Below, in pieces: positions 59,164 to 64,000 of a stretch of DNA of 64,000 bases. The DNA is taken from assembly GCA_963803145.1 (NCBI GenBank), contig CAWDLW010000030.1:1-64000 (forward strand), in the 5' to 3' direction. Position numbers and translations under genes: made by a program. Each line of letters starts with the position of its first letter. The stretch's first letter is position 1. The stretch comes from Methanotrichaceae archaeon. Lineage in GTDB: Archaea > Halobacteriota > Methanosarcinia > Methanotrichales > Methanotrichaceae. Below the pieces are notes generated by a model. The model worked only from the letters and a program-made list of their open reading frames with translations. It was not told the DNA's origin and did not search any database.

Positions 59164-59388
59164 ATGGCAGGAAGCGTATACAGTATAATAGAGCTTGTTG
59201 GATCATCCCAGAATAGCTGGGAGGAGGCTGCTCAAAATGCAGTTGCTGCAGCCTCGAAGAAGCTTATGAACATCAGGATTGCCAGGGTAGCAGAGCTTGA
59301 TGCAAAGCTGGAGGACGGAAGGATTGTGGAGTATAGGGCAAAAATTAGATTTTCATTCAAGGTTGAAATTGAGCCCGAAACGCTTTGA
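59164..59388 (+). CDS. dodecin-family protein
   Basis: SVY.IIELVGSS..SWEEAA.NAV...YRAKI.FSFK. Confidence 0.9.
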   Translation: MAGSVYSIIELVGSSQNSWEEAAQNAVAAASKKLMNIRIARVAELDAKLEDGRIVEYRAKIRFSFKVEIEPETL

Positions 59389-59486
59389 TGATAATTTGCT
59401 TTTAGCCATATTGCAATTTGTTCGCTGAGATAACCTTCTTCACCGCGCATAAAATCCAAAAATTTCGATCCGGATTTTGGAAACGG

Positions 59487-59605
59487 CTGCTGTGTCGCAT
59501 AATTCAGGAATCACGATGGCAATAGGTATCGATTTCACTCATTTTACCTACAACGCTACTATGCTCCGTTGCTTATCGATTTCGGTGAGTTATGCAACAC
59601 AGCAG
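59487..59605. mobile_element. MITE-like element (119 bp)
   Basis: Terminal IRs CTGCTGTGTCGCATAATTC / GAGTTATGCAACACAGCAG (17/19) with no ORF inside. Confidence 0.6.
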
Positions 59606-59643
59606 AAAAAGAAGGATTTGCCAAAATCTCCCTCAAGCCCACC

Positions 59644-60387
59644 TCATTGATTATCAGTGTCTTGATACATGCCGTTAGATTCCTGCATATTGGGTACATA
59701 TTCTCCCCTGGACGCTGCTAGAATATTATCAAGCTCATAGAAATCATCTGATTCTGCTTGGGAGATATCCTGAAGAGTCAGCTCTTTATTCGTCTGAGCT
59801 GCCTTATTATTGGAATCAAGTATAAGCGCCTTATTAAAACAATTCAGGGCTTCCTGATATTTTTTCTGATCTCTAAGAACAACTCCCTTGTCATTCCAGC
59901 CCTTTGGATCCAGTGGATTTATCGTTATAGCCCTATCGAAGCTTGCAAGAGCTTCATCCGACATGCCTAAATTGGATAGAGTCATGCCTTTGATTATCAA
60001 TGCGCCGTAATTATTAGGGTTGAGCTCTAGAGATTTATCGAGACATGTAAGGCCTTCGTTGTATTCTCCTAGATTTACAGAAAGCGCGGTGCCTTTATAG
60101 TACCAGGCATTAGCATTAGATGAATTTAGCGAAATGGCCTTATCAAAGCTAGTAAGGGCATCGCTGTATTTGCCGAGGTTTGCGAGTGCTACCCCTTTGC
60201 TGACCAATATAGTGGAATTGTTTTGGTCCAGATCTAAGGCTCTATCGTAAGCGGAAACGGCCGTATCGTAGCTGCCACTGAGGGAGAGCTGATCGCCCCT
60301 GGCAGCCCAATCGTTTGCAGTGACTTCTCCCATAGCAGGCAACATGCATATCGCAATAAACACCAGGATAGTAATAGCGATCTTCAT
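59644..60387 (-). CDS. secreted TPR protein
   Basis: Signal peptide plus five 34-aa TPRs (W..KG..L...Y.EAL..FDKA...NP). Confidence 0.88.
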   Translation of the reverse strand: MKIAITILVFIAICMLPAMGEVTANDWAARGDQLSLSGSYDTAVSAYDRALDLDQNNSTILVSKGVALANLGKYSDALTSFDKAISLNSSNANAWYYKGTALSVNLGEYNEGLTCLDKSLELNPNNYGALIIKGMTLSNLGMSDEALASFDRAITINPLDPKGWNDKGVVLRDQKKYQEALNCFNKALILDSNNKAAQTNKELTLQDISQAESDDFYELDNILAASRGEYVPNMQESNGMYQDTDNQ

Positions 60388-60661
60388 AGAAGCCCTTATT
60401 ATTCTAAAAGGTAATATATCTCTATCCCTTCGCTTTAAAATATAATTGTGTCCATTATTTCCATAGCATCTTTGTGAGTTCGGCTAATGAATGATGTCAT
60501 ACTAAACCGCAAAGACATAAAGACGCAAAAAAAGGATCTGCGCTGATGTTCTGAGAGAGCCTCAGCTAAAGAAGTAATGTTAGCAGCTTCTGGTCTATTG
60601 TAGTACCGTCGAAATATCTTCCCATCAATCAAGAAGCCATAAGCTGGCTATGATATCAGTC

Positions 60662-60826
60662 TTAAAGCCAGCGCCGATGGCGTCCCAGTATGATCGCTAT
60701 TATGGCCAGAACAATGAAGAGGATAACCAGCCATATGGCGGGTATTCCTAAGATACTCACTCCTAATATCCCCAATATAAGGGCGATTATTAAGAAAATT
60801 ATAGCCCAGTTAAGGAACTTTGCCAT
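60662..60826 (-). CDS. small membrane protein, DUF1328/UPF0391-like (54 aa, missing from the ORF track)
   Basis: MAKFLNWAIIFLIIALILGILGVSILGIPAIWLVILFIVLAIIAIILGRHRRWL*; AGGAG RBS. Confidence 0.75.
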   Translation of the reverse strand: MAKFLNWAIIFLIIALILGILGVSILGIPAIWLVILFIVLAIIAIILGRHRRWL

Positions 60827-61105
60827 TTATGGATACTCCTAAATATTCAGTCCAATTCTATATCGTACTCTAAACTATTTATAAATTTTCTGTAAGATAT
60901 ATGATATGTATCACTAAATACCTAAACGATTTGGACTTATGCAGTAAGGCTGGCTCCTTTGTTCGATCGCTATCCTCACATAAAACAGAGAACGCTGCTA
61001 ATAAATGAATAGCATGATTTTATTTCACCGCAGTCCAGCAAGATCACGCCCAGCGCTCCAAGCGCTCTCACTAAGAAACCTTTATAAACCATGGGTTGAT
61101 GTTTA

Positions 61106-61951
61106 ATGATTAACAGCGATAATATTCGCATAGGAGGGAGGCCTATTAGAAGAATTACCGCATTAGGTTATAGTCTGGCACTAATTTTTGTAATTGTATC
61201 GACGGCTACTATTTCATGCTTTGCCGCAGATCAGACAGTTTCACCGAGAGATATGACCTACATTACAGAGCAGTTTCCACCATACAACTTCGAGAAGGAT
61301 GGGAAGCTGCAAGGAATCTCTGTAGATCTACTAGAGACGGTCTGGCAGAAGATGAACGCAAGCCTTAATGAAAGCGCCATTGAGCTTCTGCCCTGGACTG
61401 AGGGTTACCAAAGGACGCTGGATGAAAAGAATACTGTACTATTCTCAACTGCTCGTCTGCCGCAAAGGGAGCTGCTCTTTAAATGGGCTGGGCCGATCGG
61501 GCCAATCAGAAATGTGCTTCTAGTAAAGAAGGATAAGAATATCAGCGTTACATCGGCAGAGGAGCTGAAAAAATACAAGATAGGAGCCCTCAAGGATGAC
61601 AGCGCCGTGCAGATGCTCCTGGATAAAGGCGTGAAGAAGGAAGACCTTAGGCTCGAGCCTACATCGACGCAAGCTATAGAGATGCTGCAGAACGGGAGCA
61701 TTGATGCCTGGGCTTACGGCGATACTGCTGGCATGTGGCTGATCCAGGAGTCGGGCGCAAATACAAGCGATTTCAGGGTGGCCTATGTGCTGGGGCAGAT
61801 AGATTACTACTATGCATTCAACAATGAAACTCCTGATTATATAGTGCAGTCGTTCCAGCAGGCAATAGATAATGTCAAGAATAGCAAAGATAAGGATGGA
61901 GTGAGCGAGTACCAAAAGGTTCTATCTAAGTATGTTCCTACAATGCTGTAG
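61106..61951 (+). CDS. extracellular solute-binding protein, family 3
   Basis: TEQFPPYNF...GISVDLL, PW, R...RE..FKWAGPI; N-terminal TM; no adjacent permease. Confidence 0.88.
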   Translation: MINSDNIRIGGRPIRRITALGYSLALIFVIVSTATISCFAADQTVSPRDMTYITEQFPPYNFEKDGKLQGISVDLLETVWQKMNASLNESAIELLPWTEGYQRTLDEKNTVLFSTARLPQRELLFKWAGPIGPIRNVLLVKKDKNISVTSAEELKKYKIGALKDDSAVQMLLDKGVKKEDLRLEPTSTQAIEMLQNGSIDAWAYGDTAGMWLIQESGANTSDFRVAYVLGQIDYYYAFNNETPDYIVQSFQQAIDNVKNSKDKDGVSEYQKVLSKYVPTML

Positions 61952-62273
61952 GGTAGAGGTTCGCTGAAAAGGCGAAATACTTTTTTGGCAGGAATTAGAG
62001 AGGTAAGCCCTTCAAACATGAAGATTATACTATTTCGATTATAAAAAACGTATTAAAAGATACGGTACATGAAGATAGGCTGGTGGATGCCGTCCACAAT
62101 GCCAAGAAAAAGTACAGTCCGATATACATCGAAGGCGTATTAAAGGCAAGTGGTATCCTGCAATAGACATGTTAAGGTCAGTGTGAAAACAGATAGCAGT
62201 AAAAGCGTTAGGTGCGGGGGATGGGACCCCCGCTTTTAACATATTACCTCACACTTTGCAGTTAGTTTTCAGG

Positions 62274-62927
62274 TCACTCCAGTAGCGTCACCGCTCCGCT
62301 ACCAAGGCTGTAGCGGGCACCGAGAATCTTAAGCTTGCCCTGTTTGTAAGCCGATGAGAGAATCGGTTCAGAAGATTTTAGCTTGGCTACGACGTTCTGC
62401 GTATTAACATCGATAGAGTTGTTCAGAAGGTCACCCTTCATCCCCTTTGCCACATCTACTGCGGGCTTGATTGCCTCCACAAGGCTTCCGATGTGGCCAG
62501 GATTTTCACCACCTGCAATTGCCGCTTCCACCGCTCCACAGCCGTCGTGACCCAGGACCAAGACTAATTGAACGTTCAGGTGATCCACTGCGTATTCTAT
62601 GGTTCCTAGGGTGGCGTTATCCATTACTTCTCCTGCGGTCCTTACCACAAAGATATCTCCGAGCCCCTGATCGAATACGATCTCTGGAGGAACCCTGGAA
62701 TCGGAGCAGGTCACTATTACTGCGAATGGTTGCTGAGAGGTTACCAACTCAACTCGCCGATCTGCTATGGACTGGTCCGGATGGGTTGCATTTCCAGAGG
62801 CGAACCTGGCGTTACCTTCCATCAGATTCTTCATAGCCTGATCAGCTGTTATTCCAGAATTCTCTTCAGAGGCCAACCCTCCAAATGTACATGTCAGAAT
62901 TAATAGGCCGATTATCAAACAAGTCAA
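62274..62927 (-). CDS. beta-class carbonic anhydrase with signal-like N-terminus
   Basis: LMEGNARF, CSDSRVPPE.VFD...GDIFVVRTAG, LGHDGCGAV. Confidence 0.93.
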   Translation of the reverse strand: MTCLIIGLLILTCTFGGLASEENSGITADQAMKNLMEGNARFASGNATHPDQSIADRRVELVTSQQPFAVIVTCSDSRVPPEIVFDQGLGDIFVVRTAGEVMDNATLGTIEYAVDHLNVQLVLVLGHDGCGAVEAAIAGGENPGHIGSLVEAIKPAVDVAKGMKGDLLNNSIDVNTQNVVAKLKSSEPILSSAYKQGKLKILGARYSLGSGAVTLLE

Positions 62928-63273
62928 AATTTTTACGTTGATTCCTCCTTTATTTCCTCTAATTGTGGATAATAAAACTTATAAAACTTTTTGTCGTGAA
63001 AATAATTATGAGCGTCAGGACAGAGCTGTCATTGTTATTCCTCACGGCTCTTGGATGACAGGTACATATAACGCGTAACTTTTTCTTTTCTTTTTCGTTA
63101 CTATACCTTTAGGGAGGACTTTATAAATATCTTCTCGACCCACTACCCCGAATGTCTTCACGCTCCAGATTCTATGTTTTCAAGCAGAGATACCATTCGA
63201 CAACGTCTGCACTATTGGCAGATAAAAAAAGTGGTTATCATTACACAAGTTAAATATATGTCCATAGATGGAC

Positions 63274-63528
63274 CTATACAGACTTTATCCGCTCAGTCTT
63301 CCAATATGCATTGTGCCAAGCTTTATGCCCATTCTCGCCCTGCCTCCGATCGCAATCTACCCAGCCCCATTTTATTAATGACCTGAGGGCTCTGGAAAGC
63401 TGGCGTTTTGTCCTGGCCATGGCAGTGTATGAAGAGATATCCAGGCCCAATGCGAGGGCAATCTCCTTCATGGATATGGCTTCGTCTTTGTTATCAGGAA
63501 GAACTGCCAAGACGGCCTCTGGATTCAT
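63274..63528 (-). CDS. small wHTH protein
   Basis: AISMKEIALALG...LSRALRSLIKWGWV. Confidence 0.65.
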   Translation of the reverse strand: MNPEAVLAVLPDNKDEAISMKEIALALGLDISSYTAMARTKRQLSRALRSLIKWGWVDCDRRQGENGHKAWHNAYWKTERIKSV

Positions 63529-63561
63529 GCTAACCCCCTGAAGCATTATTGCTGATAACTT

Positions 63562-64000
63562 GAGGATTCCTATTTACTTGTATCCTAAGGGCGGTTTTTT
63601 TAAATCGACTCTAGATTTGCCTTACGATGTTCGCTATTCTTGGTCTAACCTGTTTTTTTTCAGTTAATTCTCGATAGCATCCGCTATCCCTAAATGACAT
63701 TTGCCTTTTTAAGAGTACAAAGCTGATACAAGTTAAAAGCGAAAGCGGTAACTATCATTTTCACATGCACTCTTCTGACTGATGTAACAAGCACTCTTCC
63801 AGCCTCGAAAACCCTCTTGATTACAGCATGGGGCCTTTCGCCAGGCGATCTGAGGATACTGATCAACTGATTGCGTTCTTTATCAAGATCAGAAAGAGGT
63901 TTATCAGTAGTCCTGCGCTTCATTGTAAAATCAATACCTTTGGCCTTCACACCGAAATATCCTCTATCTCTGAAAACTGGCACGCCAGGGATAGAGAGAT
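63562..64000 (-). mobile_element. second IS5 copy (3' part, runs off the window)
   Basis: The reverse complement matches 17342-17780, including the IR and the transposase C-terminus (63690 to beyond 64000). Confidence 0.96.

Noticed and set aside
60465-60535. AACCGCAAAGACATAAAGACGCAAA short repeat-like stretch
   Set aside because: It recalls a dispersed repeat motif but is a single degenerate instance with no associated gene.
4282-62836. Many 60-240 aa ORFs antisense to or overlapping strong genes (mutS, cdh, ior, TPR and others)
   Set aside because: Shadow ORFs with no motifs, lying over well-supported CDSs.

Overview
Chromosomal window from a methanogenic archaeon, most likely Methanothrix/Methanotrichales-like (an inference from gene content and order). 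The core region (19.5-53 kb, 55.8-59.4 kb) carries argF, fwdG-B-D, a BatA/vWA pair, aIF-1, a TFE-beta-like gene and lsm, cobZ-S-Y, the full ACDS operon (cdhA-B-C, two microproteins, cooC, cdhD-E), cobD/cbiB, a giant TPR protein, the DUF39-CBS/NIL-ferredoxin homocysteine pair, two radical SAM genes and iorAB. The first 19 kb is an AT-rich accessory patchwork around mutS. It holds a hairpin-rich IS200/IS605-like end, a two-gene radical SAM/SPASM + Cys-peptide RiPP cassette, a tRNA-Leu(CAG) half with a possible decayed integrase, three copies of the mutS 3' end each followed by cargo, an IS630, and a plasmid/provirus remnant (HNH-AP2, D5-like helicase, IS5-split wHTH gene) ending at tRNA-Leu(TAG). 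The best leads are: (1) two paralogous microproteins in the ACDS operon that carry the motif normally found at the C-terminus of the beta subunit; (2) serial cargo capture at the mutS 3' end, leaving an ATPase-only MutS ORF; (3) the archaeal RiPP cassette; (4) the structured-RNA candidate at 243-577. All alignments and family calls were made by eye, with no database searches.
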